From positions 10,411 to 74,410 of the forward strand of contig CAZGSP010000039.1 in assembly GCA_964528565.1 (NCBI GenBank): 64,000 nucleotides of DNA, read 5' to 3'. Below the pieces are notes generated by a model. The model was given only the letters and a program-made list of their open reading frames with translations, was not told where the DNA came from and did no database searches. The stretch is from an uncultured Pseudomonadales bacterium. Its GTDB lineage: Bacteria > Patescibacteriota > Microgenomatia > UBA1400 > MFAQ01. Made by a program: the position numbers and the translations under genes. Below, in pieces: positions 1 through 10,201 of this stretch; position 1 is the first letter of the stretch; every line of letters starts with the position of its first letter.

Positions 1-213
1 ACACCGATAAGGCGAACTTTGATTCCACCCTCGATTTCAAAAGTATCTCCGTCAATAATCCGGGTGACTTTTTCGGCAGACCGAGGTAAGATATTTTCAA
101 TAGTTGGTGCCAGGGTTTTTTCGTTGTGCTGGAAATAGAAATAGGCCAGGAAGATATACGAATAGGCAAAGAAGAAGACGGCTGCTATGGAGAAGTAGTG
201 TAGTTTTGGCTTC
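1..213 (-). CDS. Thermonuclease (staphylococcal nuclease/SNase-like) family protein, N-terminal fragment. The gene continues past the left edge of the window.
   Basis: Reverse-complement translation from the ATG at 213..211 gives MKPKLHYFSIAAVFFFAYSYIFLAYFYFQHNEKTLAPTIENILPRSAEKVTRIIDGDTFEIEGGIKVRLIGV. This is a signal/TM helix followed by the conserved SNase N-terminal motif (V-x-R-V-I-D-G-D-T ... V-R-L-I-G-V-D). It is not in the supplied ORF track because it is truncated by the window edge. Confidence 0.45.
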
Positions 214-214
214 A

Positions 215-1717
215 TTAATATTTAATTAGCTCGTAATTGTTGTAAGTCCTCAGATACAGTTTGAGCGGATCTATCGTTTGCGGATCATAGCGGGTAAAAT
301 CCTCAAATGAATTTTGAAGGTCGTAAAGAACAAATCGGCCGGCAGAATAAATAAAATTATCGGGGCAACGGGGAGGTGTCTTCTCGTCTGTGTCACCGTT
401 ATCACACAAACCGAGTCGATAGCCATCCGGAGCCGTCAGACCGGCTCTGGTAAGTAAGTATTGTAAAGAATAGGCATTCTCGTACGAGTTCGCAAAAACG
501 TATAAGGTGACCGGCGGATTAAGTTCTTTTTTGACAAAAGTTAAGAGTCTAATGGTTTCTCCGGAATTGGATTTGTTTCCGATAAGCGGCAAATATGAGA
601 AAAGCCCAAACAATAGAATAAGGATCACGGCTACAAACGTCAGAAGCCGATTTTTCTTTTCCACCAGTAGGGCAACAGTTAAAGAAAAAATATAAATGAT
701 GAAGAATTGGGTGAAAATTAAATATTCCGGAGATCTGGGTCCGCGATAATTACGGATGGAAAAAATTTCGAGGAGAAAAATTGCCAAGGCGAATAAAGAA
801 ATTTTGTCGATGTTCTTCTTATACAAGTGATAAACAATAACGAGAAAAGCGATAACCACTACGAAAATTCCTGTCTTTGGAATACTCCACAGAACCCCTC
901 CGAAACGCTCCGGCCAGAAGACGGTGATGTCGGTAAGCCAGCGAACCGGAGTGTAGAAACGGTACTGGCCAAAGGTGGCGTAATCAATGATGCTTTTAGT
1001 CCAGGCCAGATTATGTTGGATCTCAAAAACGATCATCGGCAACATACCAAGAACGAATCCGGATAGAGCAAGCAAGACTGATTTTATTTTCGAAAGATAT
1101 TTCTTTTTTTTGTTAAGGAAAAAGGGGCTAATAAGAAGAAAGAGTAACGGGACCGACTGAAGATGAGACTGGAAAGCCATCGAGATGGCGAAGCCCGCCA
1201 GTAGAAGATATGGATATTTCTGTGTTTTCAGGTACGACGAGACTCCAAAAAAACTAAGAAAAACGGCAAAAGAAACTAGGGATGTGTTCAGTAAATTGGT
1301 ACTATTAACAATCTCACCAAAAGAAGCTGCGGTGACAAAGGCCAGTATGATACCAAATCTCGAGTTGCGGGTGAAGGTGCCGATTTTGAAAGCGAGAAAA
1401 ACTGATAGTACAGAAAGGATGGTAAAACCAATCCATGGAGAATAAATGGAGGGAAGAAGTTGGGTGAATAGAATAATTACATAATAGTAAAGCGGGCCAA
1501 AATTGAATCCCCAGCTGGAAGATGGCGGCCCCAATAAAGGTAATGTATGGAGCCTGATCGCCTCCAGCCCGATGAGGGCATCTCTTCCCTGGTCTACGCT
1601 GAAGTTCAAACGATCAAAATAATGCCAAAACCTAAAAATAATCCCGATCATTAATATCAGAAATATCAAAACCGATCCTTTATTGGCCGAAATGAACCGA
1701 CTGATTCTCTTGATCAT
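215..1717 (-). CDS. Polytopic membrane protein, paralog A of an unassigned GT-C-like family (signature D-x-G-R-D ... GP-x-S ... GP-L-Y-Y-Y).
   Basis: 500-aa ORF with many hydrophobic segments. Its N-terminal loop, FDRLNFSVDQGRDALIGLEAIRLHTLPLLGPPSSSWGFNFGPLYYYVI, aligns with the same motif in the ORFs at 31020-32432, 49803-51353 and 55348-56934. Confidence 0.5.
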   Translation of the reverse strand: MIKRISRFISANKGSVLIFLILMIGIIFRFWHYFDRLNFSVDQGRDALIGLEAIRLHTLPLLGPPSSSWGFNFGPLYYYVIILFTQLLPSIYSPWIGFTILSVLSVFLAFKIGTFTRNSRFGIILAFVTAASFGEIVNSTNLLNTSLVSFAVFLSFFGVSSYLKTQKYPYLLLAGFAISMAFQSHLQSVPLLFLLISPFFLNKKKKYLSKIKSVLLALSGFVLGMLPMIVFEIQHNLAWTKSIIDYATFGQYRFYTPVRWLTDITVFWPERFGGVLWSIPKTGIFVVVIAFLVIVYHLYKKNIDKISLFALAIFLLEIFSIRNYRGPRSPEYLIFTQFFIIYIFSLTVALLVEKKNRLLTFVAVILILLFGLFSYLPLIGNKSNSGETIRLLTFVKKELNPPVTLYVFANSYENAYSLQYLLTRAGLTAPDGYRLGLCDNGDTDEKTPPRCPDNFIYSAGRFVLYDLQNSFEDFTRYDPQTIDPLKLYLRTYNNYELIKY

Positions 1718-2656
1718 TTATTCCTGCTCTGTGAAGCCATATTTCTTAAGGAGAGACTCTGTCTCTTTCCGGTGTTTATCGGTATAAATAAGACTGAAAT
1801 ATTTGGAATAAATCAGAAAATGATAGAAGGTATAAACAATCGAGACAATAAATCCATGAGTCCCTTCTTTATAAAATTTCCAGACAAAATACTTGTATAG
1901 GAATTCTTTCTTGGGAAGAAAGATCATTTTGAGAACAAGGATGGGTTTTGAGATGGAGGGATCTTTCTCGAAGAGAATTTTGGCTTCGCGGGTAGAATAA
2001 TGGTCGATTTTGCGGACAAAGTCAGAGATCGTAGGGTGAGATAGGTGAACCAAATGACCCCTAAGGGTTACGATCCCTTTCATTTTGTTCAAATACCAAG
2101 TCCTAAGCAAGGGTACCTTTAAGACCAATCTGCTCAACCGGTTTGGACTTTGCAAACTATTTGATTGGATTCCAAACCCTTCTGCGGTCCGGGCAGTTTG
2201 ATATGAGAAAGAACCCTTTCGAAATAGCCGGACAAAGGGTTTATTTTTTTGATCACTTTTATCAAAAATCTTTCCGAATTCGTAGTTTAGGAAACCTGTT
2301 TGGTAAATATCGGCTTTTTTGGGATATGTTCCGGAGACTATTGATATTATTTCTTTTTGAAGAGTCTCATCCATACGTTCATCGGCATCCAGTATTAAAA
2401 CCCAGTCATTTTTTGCTTCATTTGCGCCCCAATTTTTGTTATTAAAAACAATGCCTTTTGATTCCCCTTTATCCAGAAGCACTTTACATCCATGCTTCTC
2501 GGCTATGTCCGCGCTATTATCCACAGTACGCGAGTCGACGACGATAATTATTTCATCGGTAAAGTTCTCGATATGAGCGAGAAAGGATGGCAGGAGCTTC
2601 TCTTCGTTTAAGATAGCGGTGACGACAGAAAGGGGTGGGTTGGATGTATTAGACAT
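1718..2656 (-). CDS. Glycosyltransferase family 2, D-x-D-E-R subfamily.
   Basis: Motifs LSVVTAILNEEKLL ... DEIIIVVDSRTVDNS ... WVLILDADERMDETL (GT2 DxD-type). The track start at 2671 is a TTG. The first ATG (MSNTSNPP...) is at 2656, which removes the overlap with the upstream gene. Confidence 0.7.
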   Translation of the reverse strand: MSNTSNPPLSVVTAILNEEKLLPSFLAHIENFTDEIIIVVDSRTVDNSADIAEKHGCKVLLDKGESKGIVFNNKNWGANEAKNDWVLILDADERMDETLQKEIISIVSGTYPKKADIYQTGFLNYEFGKIFDKSDQKNKPFVRLFRKGSFSYQTARTAEGFGIQSNSLQSPNRLSRLVLKVPLLRTWYLNKMKGIVTLRGHLVHLSHPTISDFVRKIDHYSTREAKILFEKDPSISKPILVLKMIFLPKKEFLYKYFVWKFYKEGTHGFIVSIVYTFYHFLIYSKYFSLIYTDKHRKETESLLKKYGFTEQE

Positions 2657-2660
2657 GTGG

Positions 2661-4481
2661 TTATTTCGCAAACAGATAATTAAACTGAACAGTGTTTGAC
2701 GGAGCCCTGTCTAATGGTACTACCTTAATCGGACCAGACTTCGTAAGATCCGGGCTCGTTCTAAAGATTATTTTATCATCGGACCAATAGATCATATATT
2801 CTCCCTGCTCGATATCCCCAATATATAGTTTACCTACAAACGGAATATTGCGGAAGTTCTTACCGTAAATAACTACATCGGTCCAGGCTTCGCTCGTTAC
2901 GTCGGGAGAAACGGTAAGAATCTTGGGGAGCGTTTCGAATTCGATGGACTTGGAAACGATTTTCCCCGAAAGCAGATTGAAGGCCAAAATGGTCAGCATG
3001 AAGGCATAAATGGTTTTCTGGGTGACCTTTTTGAATACCCCAAAAGAGAAAAGGAGAAAAATAAGTTCGGGGATTAGCAAAGTGAGTAAATATTTCTGTG
3101 TGTAAGTATCCGGATAAAAAACCATAAACTTGGGCAGAACCCGATAGATATCCAATACAGGTAATAGAACAAATAAGTAAATAACCAAAATGGTTAACAA
3201 AACTACCAAGAGGGACACAATAAAAAATGAAAATATCTCCTTAACCAATCGAAGAATGGTCCTGAGCCAAAAGATAAGATCCTTTTCTTGTTTCGGATGA
3301 TTACGAATAATGGCCTCTAAGGAAAGCTTGTTTAAAGTGTTTAGATAAAAATTACTGAATTTTTTAGCATACACAGGAAGATCCCTAACCCAGTAGTTCT
3401 GAGCGACTTGGAACCGGTGGAAATTACTGAAGAAAGATTCCAGGCTGAAGGTAGCCGCGGGCCGGTATTTGGCCTCGTAAACTTGCTGTACTACGGTGAT
3501 GCAGAGAAAGAGATAGGCCCAAACGGCCGTTTTTTCGGCATGGGCTTGGTAACCAAAAATAAGCATTACAGGGGTTAAAACAAGGAAACCAAGAGCAAAG
3601 ACGGCGGCAACTCTGGACTCGAAGCGAAATCGCCGAACCACGAGAGCCCAAAAGAAAAGGAGGGAAAGAAAAAGAAAGTCGTAGCTTTTGGTCAGCCAAA
3701 AGACATCGTAAAGGGAAAAGGACAAGGCAATAAGAGTCAGATATTGATAGCTCAAGCCCTTTGTAAGCAAGAAGACAAAATAGAGAAGAAGGGGAAGAAA
3801 GAAAAAGAAAGTATTTAGAAGGATTTCCGGGTCACCGAAGAGATTGAAGAGTTTGTTGGTGATGAAGTAAATAAGTAACCTTCTATCGGAGAGTAGTTCG
3901 GCTTTGGGGAAAGAGGATTTGGCTGTAAATACCGGTGGTGTTTGATAATCCAGAAAAATGCCACTGCCGGTAGCCCCTCTAAGCGACTCCAACTGAAACT
4001 CGTAGTTCTTGCTGTCCGAGTTACTAATAACAGGAAAACCAAAGGGAAAGTGTTTATTGGGAAGAAATTGATCAGTCTCGTATTTGGCTTCGTAATACCA
4101 CCGATCTTGACCTTGTTCTTTGAGGCGGAACACCAAAGTGTCTTTGCTATCCCGATTCTGATTATTGAAACGAAGGGAGATAATGCCTAAATTGGTGTAT
4201 TTTGAGCGGAAAGTGCCCCAGACTTTATCCCCCTTTAGTAGTTCGCCGGACCTGCTAGCGACCATTTCATCCAGTGTACGCACATCCAGATTGGTGGCTC
4301 CGTATTCACCGGCCTGGAGATAGTTTAGCAAGCTAAATGCACCGATAACAAAAAGAAACAGAGGAAATATATACCATGTCAGGATAAATCTAATCTTTTG
4401 TTTCACAAAGCTATTATATAGATATAAATATCTAGGAAAGAAAATGAAAGACACTATTGAGAGTTTTTGCCAGACCTCCAC
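2661..4481 (-). CDS. Large polytopic membrane protein with a soluble C-terminal (probably extracytoplasmic) domain. Function unknown.
   Basis: 606-aa ORF with multiple TM segments and a hydrophilic C-terminal ~80 aa (…IYGKNFRNIPFVGKLYIGDIEQGEYMIYWSDDKIIFRTSPDLT…). The track start at 4481 is a GTG and overlaps the upstream GT2 by 50 nt. An in-frame GTG near 4406 (VKQKIRFILTWY…) is an alternative start. Confidence 0.45.
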   Translation of the reverse strand: MEVWQKLSIVSFIFFPRYLYLYNSFVKQKIRFILTWYIFPLFLFVIGAFSLLNYLQAGEYGATNLDVRTLDEMVASRSGELLKGDKVWGTFRSKYTNLGIISLRFNNQNRDSKDTLVFRLKEQGQDRWYYEAKYETDQFLPNKHFPFGFPVISNSDSKNYEFQLESLRGATGSGIFLDYQTPPVFTAKSSFPKAELLSDRRLLIYFITNKLFNLFGDPEILLNTFFFFLPLLLYFVFLLTKGLSYQYLTLIALSFSLYDVFWLTKSYDFLFLSLLFFWALVVRRFRFESRVAAVFALGFLVLTPVMLIFGYQAHAEKTAVWAYLFLCITVVQQVYEAKYRPAATFSLESFFSNFHRFQVAQNYWVRDLPVYAKKFSNFYLNTLNKLSLEAIIRNHPKQEKDLIFWLRTILRLVKEIFSFFIVSLLVVLLTILVIYLFVLLPVLDIYRVLPKFMVFYPDTYTQKYLLTLLIPELIFLLFSFGVFKKVTQKTIYAFMLTILAFNLLSGKIVSKSIEFETLPKILTVSPDVTSEAWTDVVIYGKNFRNIPFVGKLYIGDIEQGEYMIYWSDDKIIFRTSPDLTKSGPIKVVPLDRAPSNTVQFNYLFAK

Positions 4482-5223
4482 GGTGTTTTCGTATATAAAC
4501 GTTCAGTCCCTGCCGGTAGTTTAGGTTTTTTTGCCTGGTGTCTTGGTCGGAACTGGCTCCTCCAAAGTGAGTTATCTTCATATTCGGATTGTACAAGACC
4601 TTTATTCCGGCCTTTTTTAGTCTATAAGAGAAATCGAGATCTTCAAAATACATAAAAAAGTTTTTTTCATCCAGGAGACCCACCCGTTGAAGAACAGAGT
4701 CGTGGATCATCATGGCCGCACCGGTAAGCAATTCAACTTCCGTTGTCTTGCGGACTTCGGAACATTTCAGGAAACGTGGTCTGGCGAAAAGAAAGTTTAT
4801 CGGGTTGCGAAAAAGTGAATCAAAATAACCTACATTGTTCTGGGTTTTTCCGTCAGGCTGTATGAGTTTTGGGGCGGAGACAAGATATTTACTCTTCTTG
4901 GTTTCGGATAATAGTGCCAAAACATCTTCCGTGTTCACCAAAGTATCGCTATTTAGAAGAAACAACCACTCTCCGGAGGCCCTTGAGAGACCATAGTTAT
5001 TTCCGCCGGAAAATCCAAGATTTTTCCCGGTGAAATAATAGTGAACGTCGTTCCTTTTTGGCAATCTTTTGCTTAGAGTCTCAATCGGACTATTGTCCAC
5101 CAGGATTATTTCTACACCCGCGTGTGTCTTAAGTTGCCGCAAAAGGTTAAGGATCAGATCGTCGGTACAGTAATTGATGATGATGATACTTAAATCAAGT
5201 TCTTTTACTTTTCGATCTGCCAT
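4432..5223 (-). CDS. Glycosyltransferase family 2.
   Basis: LSIIIINYCTDDLILNLL ... VEIILVDNSPIE ... GFSGGNNYGLSRASGEWLFLLNSDTLV. This is the typical GT2 nucleotide-sugar binding fold (DxD/ED motifs). ATG start confirmed. Confidence 0.7.
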   Translation of the reverse strand: MADRKVKELDLSIIIINYCTDDLILNLLRQLKTHAGVEIILVDNSPIETLSKRLPKRNDVHYYFTGKNLGFSGGNNYGLSRASGEWLFLLNSDTLVNTEDVLALLSETKKSKYLVSAPKLIQPDGKTQNNVGYFDSLFRNPINFLFARPRFLKCSEVRKTTEVELLTGAAMMIHDSVLQRVGLLDEKNFFMYFEDLDFSYRLKKAGIKVLYNPNMKITHFGGASSDQDTRQKNLNYRQGLNVYIRKHRGGLAKTLNSVFHFLS

Positions 5224-5284
5224 ACAAGTTCATTGATAATAATAACGAGCTTTTCCGTTTCACGGTTTAATTATTCCACATTAT

Positions 5285-6778
5285 TTATATCCCCCAGGAG
5301 TAAATGCTGATACCCCAATGATCGTCTTCGTTATACGGCAGATCCTGAACCATGAATTCAAATTTTAAATTTTTTCGGATGTGATCTTTCAAGTCCTCCG
5401 GGGTTTGGCTCTGCCAGTCTTCGACGATTACAATCCCTGAGGGAAATGATCTTCTCTCAACTTCAAATTCCGGGATAGTACCGATCATTTTTTCACCGAA
5501 AACCGAGCCGGTCTTTCCTGCACCGCCTTTGATTAGATAAATATATTTTTGCCCCGGAAGATACCAAGGCACCCTGTCATTCCAGGCATCCATGACGATA
5601 ATATCTTGATTGTCTCCAATCAAGTCTTTGATCTTGTTAAAAGCGAACTTGTAATCCACGATGGGGTTTTCTCGAACATCTGCGTTGATTGAATAATAGT
5701 TTTTGGGCCAGGAGACAAATTTACCCGTAAGGCTTAAAAGTGCGAGGATTAAGGCCATAAGCATCCATCTTAGATATTCTTTTTTGGTAATTTTTTCGAC
5801 AACCGATACAACCCCCTCGGCAAAGAGAAAGTACATGAGGGGAAAAGCCGGAAGAGAATAGCGGATGTAATTTGGGTTAATTTTGAAGATGGCGATGGCG
5901 AATATGAAGACTATTGATCCACCCAGTAGCACAGACAGCTCTCTATTTCGTCTGAATAGGGTAAAAAAACCAATAATTGATCCAATGAACAGCCAAAGAT
6001 AGTTATGGGTGAGAAAAATGCGATAGTGGAGTGGGGAAAAATATATTTTGAAAATAATATCCAGGACAAAAGCCCAGCCCCCGGCCATGGAGCCATAAAC
6101 AAACAATGCGCCGATAATACCAAAAACGGGAATCGTTAAAAGATAAATAAATTTTTGGTGTTTAATAATTTTGTAGACGATTACTAAACAGACGAGTGCA
6201 AGGTTCAATAGACCTGTGCCGTGAAAAAGACATGATGTCAGGGATAGAATAACCGAAATTGCAAGATTTTTATTAAATAATTTCCAGGGGGATTTTATAT
6301 ATTGATATAAAAAGTAAGAAATCAGTAGAGTGAAAAGTTCGAGCCAGATATAGGGCCTTAGTTGAGTGGACCAGGCTAACTGAATTTGTGAGAATCCAAT
6401 TAAGAATGAGACCATCAGAGCTTTTCTGGAATTTAATATTTTTTTGCCAATTACAAATCCAGCAGTGACCAGTATGGCTCCGGCAAAGGCAGAGGGTAGT
6501 CTCCCGGTGAATTCAGAAATCGAAAATAACTTAAAAAACAAGGCGGTAAGGTAATACAGGGCTAGCTGATATACACCCATTGAACTTCCATGTGCGGTTA
6601 CGGGTTTGCCGAATTCCAATATCCCCCGAGACATCAGGGCGGTATGGCTTTCATCATTCCAAAAGGAGAGATTGTTTCTAAGAGAAACGATTCTGAAGAT
6701 AAATGAGATCACCAGAACGAAGAGAAAAACCACACCCACCCAGGTAATATTTATCTTATTTTTCTTTGCCGTTTTCAT
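5285..6778 (-). CDS. GT-C membrane glycosyltransferase, PMT_2/ArnT-like (GT39/83 family).
   Basis: 497-aa multi-TM protein. The first extracytoplasmic loop carries a DE motif (SFWNDESHTALMSRGILEFGKPV), as in ArnT/PMT enzymes. It is a distinct subfamily from the tandem array at 36.9-47.8 kb. Confidence 0.55.
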   Translation of the reverse strand: MKTAKKNKINITWVGVVFLFVLVISFIFRIVSLRNNLSFWNDESHTALMSRGILEFGKPVTAHGSSMGVYQLALYYLTALFFKLFSISEFTGRLPSAFAGAILVTAGFVIGKKILNSRKALMVSFLIGFSQIQLAWSTQLRPYIWLELFTLLISYFLYQYIKSPWKLFNKNLAISVILSLTSCLFHGTGLLNLALVCLVIVYKIIKHQKFIYLLTIPVFGIIGALFVYGSMAGGWAFVLDIIFKIYFSPLHYRIFLTHNYLWLFIGSIIGFFTLFRRNRELSVLLGGSIVFIFAIAIFKINPNYIRYSLPAFPLMYFLFAEGVVSVVEKITKKEYLRWMLMALILALLSLTGKFVSWPKNYYSINADVRENPIVDYKFAFNKIKDLIGDNQDIIVMDAWNDRVPWYLPGQKYIYLIKGGAGKTGSVFGEKMIGTIPEFEVERRSFPSGIVIVEDWQSQTPEDLKDHIRKNLKFEFMVQDLPYNEDDHWGISIYSWGI

Positions 6779-6806
6779 ATAACTTTCCAGTTTGTTGTTG
6801 TGAACT

Positions 6807-7889
6807 TCAAGATTTTATGGTGCCCGAAAAGATTCCCCCATACCGTAGCTTATATCCGAAATTCTTAAGGGGTTTAATCATAGCTAAAATTTCTTTATCG
6901 GAATAAAAACCAATGATTGGCGGGGTTAAATGATCGAACCAGTTGTGGGTAAGAAGCATAAAGTCCGGCTCCCTTTTTTGTGTCTTGTGGGTTGGATAAC
7001 TATCCTCCATGTCTCGGATATAGCTAGAGTTTTTTAAAATATTGCGGGGAAGTTTGAAGAACAGGTAAGAAGGCAGAGCCAAAAGTTTACTGATTATCAG
7101 GACCACCGGCAAAGGGAGGTGGAGAGTAAAAATCCTCAGAAACATGATGAAATTAACAAGAAGGGACATTAAAAAAGAATTTGGTTTTGTATAGACTGTC
7201 CCTGCGTAAAATCCGCCTTTTTTTATTTTTCTATAGACGATTTCAACCGCCTTTTTTGGATATGGCAAATGCTGAATGACACCAATCAAATATGCAAAGT
7301 CCAAGGATTTATCTTTTAAGAATTCGGTGTAAAGATCCGCCTGAATGATGATGACGTTGTTTTGCTTTTGGCATCTTTTAGCAGCGATATCGACAGCAAA
7401 TGAGAGATCACTCCCAATCATCAAACCACCCTTTCCAACCGCTTTCGATGCATTGAGAAGATCTCTTCCGTTTCCTACGGCAGGATCCCAGCCTGTCTTT
7501 CCTTGAAAAAATTCAGAATCTTTACCGACAATTTCGAGAAAATGATTTTCGGCAAAATCGGGTAACTTCTTCCAAATATGCCATTCATAGCCAAACTGTT
7601 GTTGAGTTTTTGATTTTTGCCGTTCAATCTTACTTTTCTCTTTTTTATCGGCAATTTTTTGAAAATAATTATTTAGGAGGTTGATATTGGAGACATAATC
7701 GTAATAAAAGGAATAGCAATTCTTGAGCAAATCCCCTCTTAGAAGTCTGGGGATTCCTTTGATGATCGGGAAACGGCTTTTACATCTAACGCACTCAATT
7801 AACCCGTAGTCATCCTTGTGTTTTGTTATCTTCAAGTCTCCGCCACAATTGATACAAATAATATGATTTTCTATAGCGGTGATGTTCAT
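6807..7889 (-). CDS. Class I SAM-dependent methyltransferase with an N-terminal Trm112-like zinc ribbon and a C-terminal TM segment.
   Basis: The N-terminus CINCGGDLKI...CVRCKSRFPIIKGIP has 4 Cys and looks like a Trm112 ribbon. Motif I-like GKGGLMIGSDLSFAVDIAAKR. Hydrophobic C-terminus. Confidence 0.6.
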   Translation of the reverse strand: MNITAIENHIICINCGGDLKITKHKDDYGLIECVRCKSRFPIIKGIPRLLRGDLLKNCYSFYYDYVSNINLLNNYFQKIADKKEKSKIERQKSKTQQQFGYEWHIWKKLPDFAENHFLEIVGKDSEFFQGKTGWDPAVGNGRDLLNASKAVGKGGLMIGSDLSFAVDIAAKRCQKQNNVIIIQADLYTEFLKDKSLDFAYLIGVIQHLPYPKKAVEIVYRKIKKGGFYAGTVYTKPNSFLMSLLVNFIMFLRIFTLHLPLPVVLIISKLLALPSYLFFKLPRNILKNSSYIRDMEDSYPTHKTQKREPDFMLLTHNWFDHLTPPIIGFYSDKEILAMIKPLKNFGYKLRYGGIFSGTIKS

Positions 7890-7900
7890 TTGTTTTGTTA

Positions 7901-10201
7901 TTAGCGTGTTTGGCTACGCTTTGTACATAATAAATAGATGAGACTGGAAATAAAAACTGTTCCTGAGACTAGCTCCCCTAAATATAACAGCCGCTGCGGC
8001 CAAAACACAATAATAAGTGAAAAGTTTAGGGATCCATCCGGATTAGTTGTGCACAAAACGCCTTCCCCTAGACAAAGGTCCTTGGGATTTAGAAGCCAGC
8101 CGTTAGCGTAACCGTTCACCACAAAATGATTATCGTCTTCGAGATTCTTTTTGAACCAGGTGTCGTATAACCTACCAATTCCGTTTTTGGTGTTAGGGTA
8201 CAGATACCAATTTTTGTTATAGGTCTCACTAAAGACCACCTGTACCGGACTACTCACTCTCACCAGAGAAATGGTATATTCTGTGGGACTAATTTTTGAG
8301 TAACTAATTTGTGAATTTGCCTGATACGGACTAGCGGAGATCTTATTAATAACAGTTGACTTTGTCTTGTTTTGTTGGGTAAAAATCACGGAAAATGTTT
8401 TATCTCCTTTGATTGAATCGAGGATGTCCGGAAACGCATTAATTTCACGGGTGGTAACGACAGCCTGCCCCGGTAGATAGATATGAGGGAAAAGGCCGGT
8501 CCGCGGTATTTCATATAAATTGAAATAGGTATTCGACTGATTCAGGGATACGACTCCCGCTTCAACCATGTGACGCATTTTACTTTTGGTCGAATTGTAA
8601 AAAACCTCTGCCACATCGTTATGATAAAGTAGATATTTGACATTCAATATTGACGCCAGCTTCACAATCCAATCTCCGGATGATGATGCCTCCGAGTTCC
8701 AATCCTCTCCATAACTCCATATCCCAAACGGAGACGGGTTATTCATTTGGACCACCGGCTTTTCAAACAGTTGAATGGTAGGGTCCGAACCAACCACTTT
8801 CCATTTTGGATAATTTACCCAGCCGACTGAGTTAATTACCGACCATGGCATACTCATAATTTTATAATCCTCTTTCTCCTCTTTTAGTTTATCCGCTAAG
8901 AAAAAATATTCCTGAGGAATTTTGATGACATAGGCGAACCTGCTATCGTGGTATGATTTGTGGTCTTCCAGCCCAACCTTGTAAAGGTAGACATTTCTCG
9001 ATAAAACAACTAAGAAGGGGACGGTGGCGGTAAACAACACAAAATACAACCACCTTTTGGAAATTTTCTTAAAGGAAATCAAGATGGTTCCCAGATAGAA
9101 AAAAGGCAAATAAATTAAAGATTTGTCTATGCTCCGTATGGAATTTAGGATGACGTTGTTGAACAAAAAGAGGGTTTGTTCTTTGGAAACAATTCCCCGT
9201 CCTTTGTTGGCGAGTAAGATAACGAACAGGGCCATTGCCGTTAGGATAAGAATATTGGTTGAATCCTCTTCGTGTTTCTCTTTTTGATTCTTAACTACTT
9301 GGGAAAGAAAAAACAATACCGGAATAACCAGGACACCGGTTAGAACCCAGTTCGAGAAAAGGAGGGTTATGTTGAGCACACTATCAGAAAGAAACAGGGC
9401 ATCTTTCAAGCTTAAGGATTGCCAATAGATCCAGCCGGCAAGGTCAAAGGACATGGTTCCGGCCTTGAACCCCTGAGACATTGAAAACAAGGTCGGTGTT
9501 TGAGGGATAATGCTAACAAAGGTAATCAGAAAAAGACTGAGGTAATAAACAAACATCTTGATCACAAAAATGAGATCCGTACTTATTTGAGAGACATAAT
9601 GGTGCAAGATGATAAAGATGAATAACAGGATATTCAAGGAAACAAAGAAGGGTGCGTTTCCAAAGGCGGTGTTGGCAAAGAACATGACTATGACGAGCTT
9701 GGCCAGATCTCTTGAAAGCAAACGATTGGAAGAAAAATATTGCTTTGTAAACAGAAAAATCACCGGCACAAAAACGTAGATTGAGATATATGGGGCAGGG
9801 GTGAGGGCTCTAATAAAGGTGAATGCGTTTAGGGCGTAGAGGGTTGAAACCGTCACCGACCAAAGAGTGTTTTTCTTTTTAAGGAATTCTCTAGAGAAGA
9901 CAAAAAAAGATATAAATCCACCCATAAATATAAAAATGGGGTTGAACAAAAAGCCATAGTTGTGTCCGGAGGCGGACTCAAAGAGTGAAAGAAGCCAATA
10001 ATAAGGATAATAAGAAAAAAGAGTGCTCATGTTCCCTTCACCAAACGTTTGCCAGAGTTGACCAAGCTGATACAAAATGTAGGGGTAGTTGATTATTGTG
10101 CCAAAATCTCCGCCGGCAAAGACATAACCATGAGGGAGATTCTGTCTGGTGATAGCAATGAACAAAGAAAATATGGGAATTAAACTTAAAAATAAACTCA
10201 T
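7901..10201 (-). CDS. Large polytopic membrane protein with a long extracytoplasmic C-terminal domain. Possibly YfhO-like or GT-C-like.
   Basis: 766 aa. About 12 predicted TM segments in the N-terminal ~450 aa, then ~300 aa of hydrophilic C-terminus. The N-terminal region (…GGDFGTIINYPYILYQLGQLWQTFGEG…) resembles YfhO-type topology only weakly. Confidence 0.4.
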   Translation of the reverse strand: MSLFLSLIPIFSLFIAITRQNLPHGYVFAGGDFGTIINYPYILYQLGQLWQTFGEGNMSTLFSYYPYYWLLSLFESASGHNYGFLFNPIFIFMGGFISFFVFSREFLKKKNTLWSVTVSTLYALNAFTFIRALTPAPYISIYVFVPVIFLFTKQYFSSNRLLSRDLAKLVIVMFFANTAFGNAPFFVSLNILLFIFIILHHYVSQISTDLIFVIKMFVYYLSLFLITFVSIIPQTPTLFSMSQGFKAGTMSFDLAGWIYWQSLSLKDALFLSDSVLNITLLFSNWVLTGVLVIPVLFFLSQVVKNQKEKHEEDSTNILILTAMALFVILLANKGRGIVSKEQTLFLFNNVILNSIRSIDKSLIYLPFFYLGTILISFKKISKRWLYFVLFTATVPFLVVLSRNVYLYKVGLEDHKSYHDSRFAYVIKIPQEYFFLADKLKEEKEDYKIMSMPWSVINSVGWVNYPKWKVVGSDPTIQLFEKPVVQMNNPSPFGIWSYGEDWNSEASSSGDWIVKLASILNVKYLLYHNDVAEVFYNSTKSKMRHMVEAGVVSLNQSNTYFNLYEIPRTGLFPHIYLPGQAVVTTREINAFPDILDSIKGDKTFSVIFTQQNKTKSTVINKISASPYQANSQISYSKISPTEYTISLVRVSSPVQVVFSETYNKNWYLYPNTKNGIGRLYDTWFKKNLEDDNHFVVNGYANGWLLNPKDLCLGEGVLCTTNPDGSLNFSLIIVFWPQRLLYLGELVSGTVFISSLIYLLCTKRSQTR

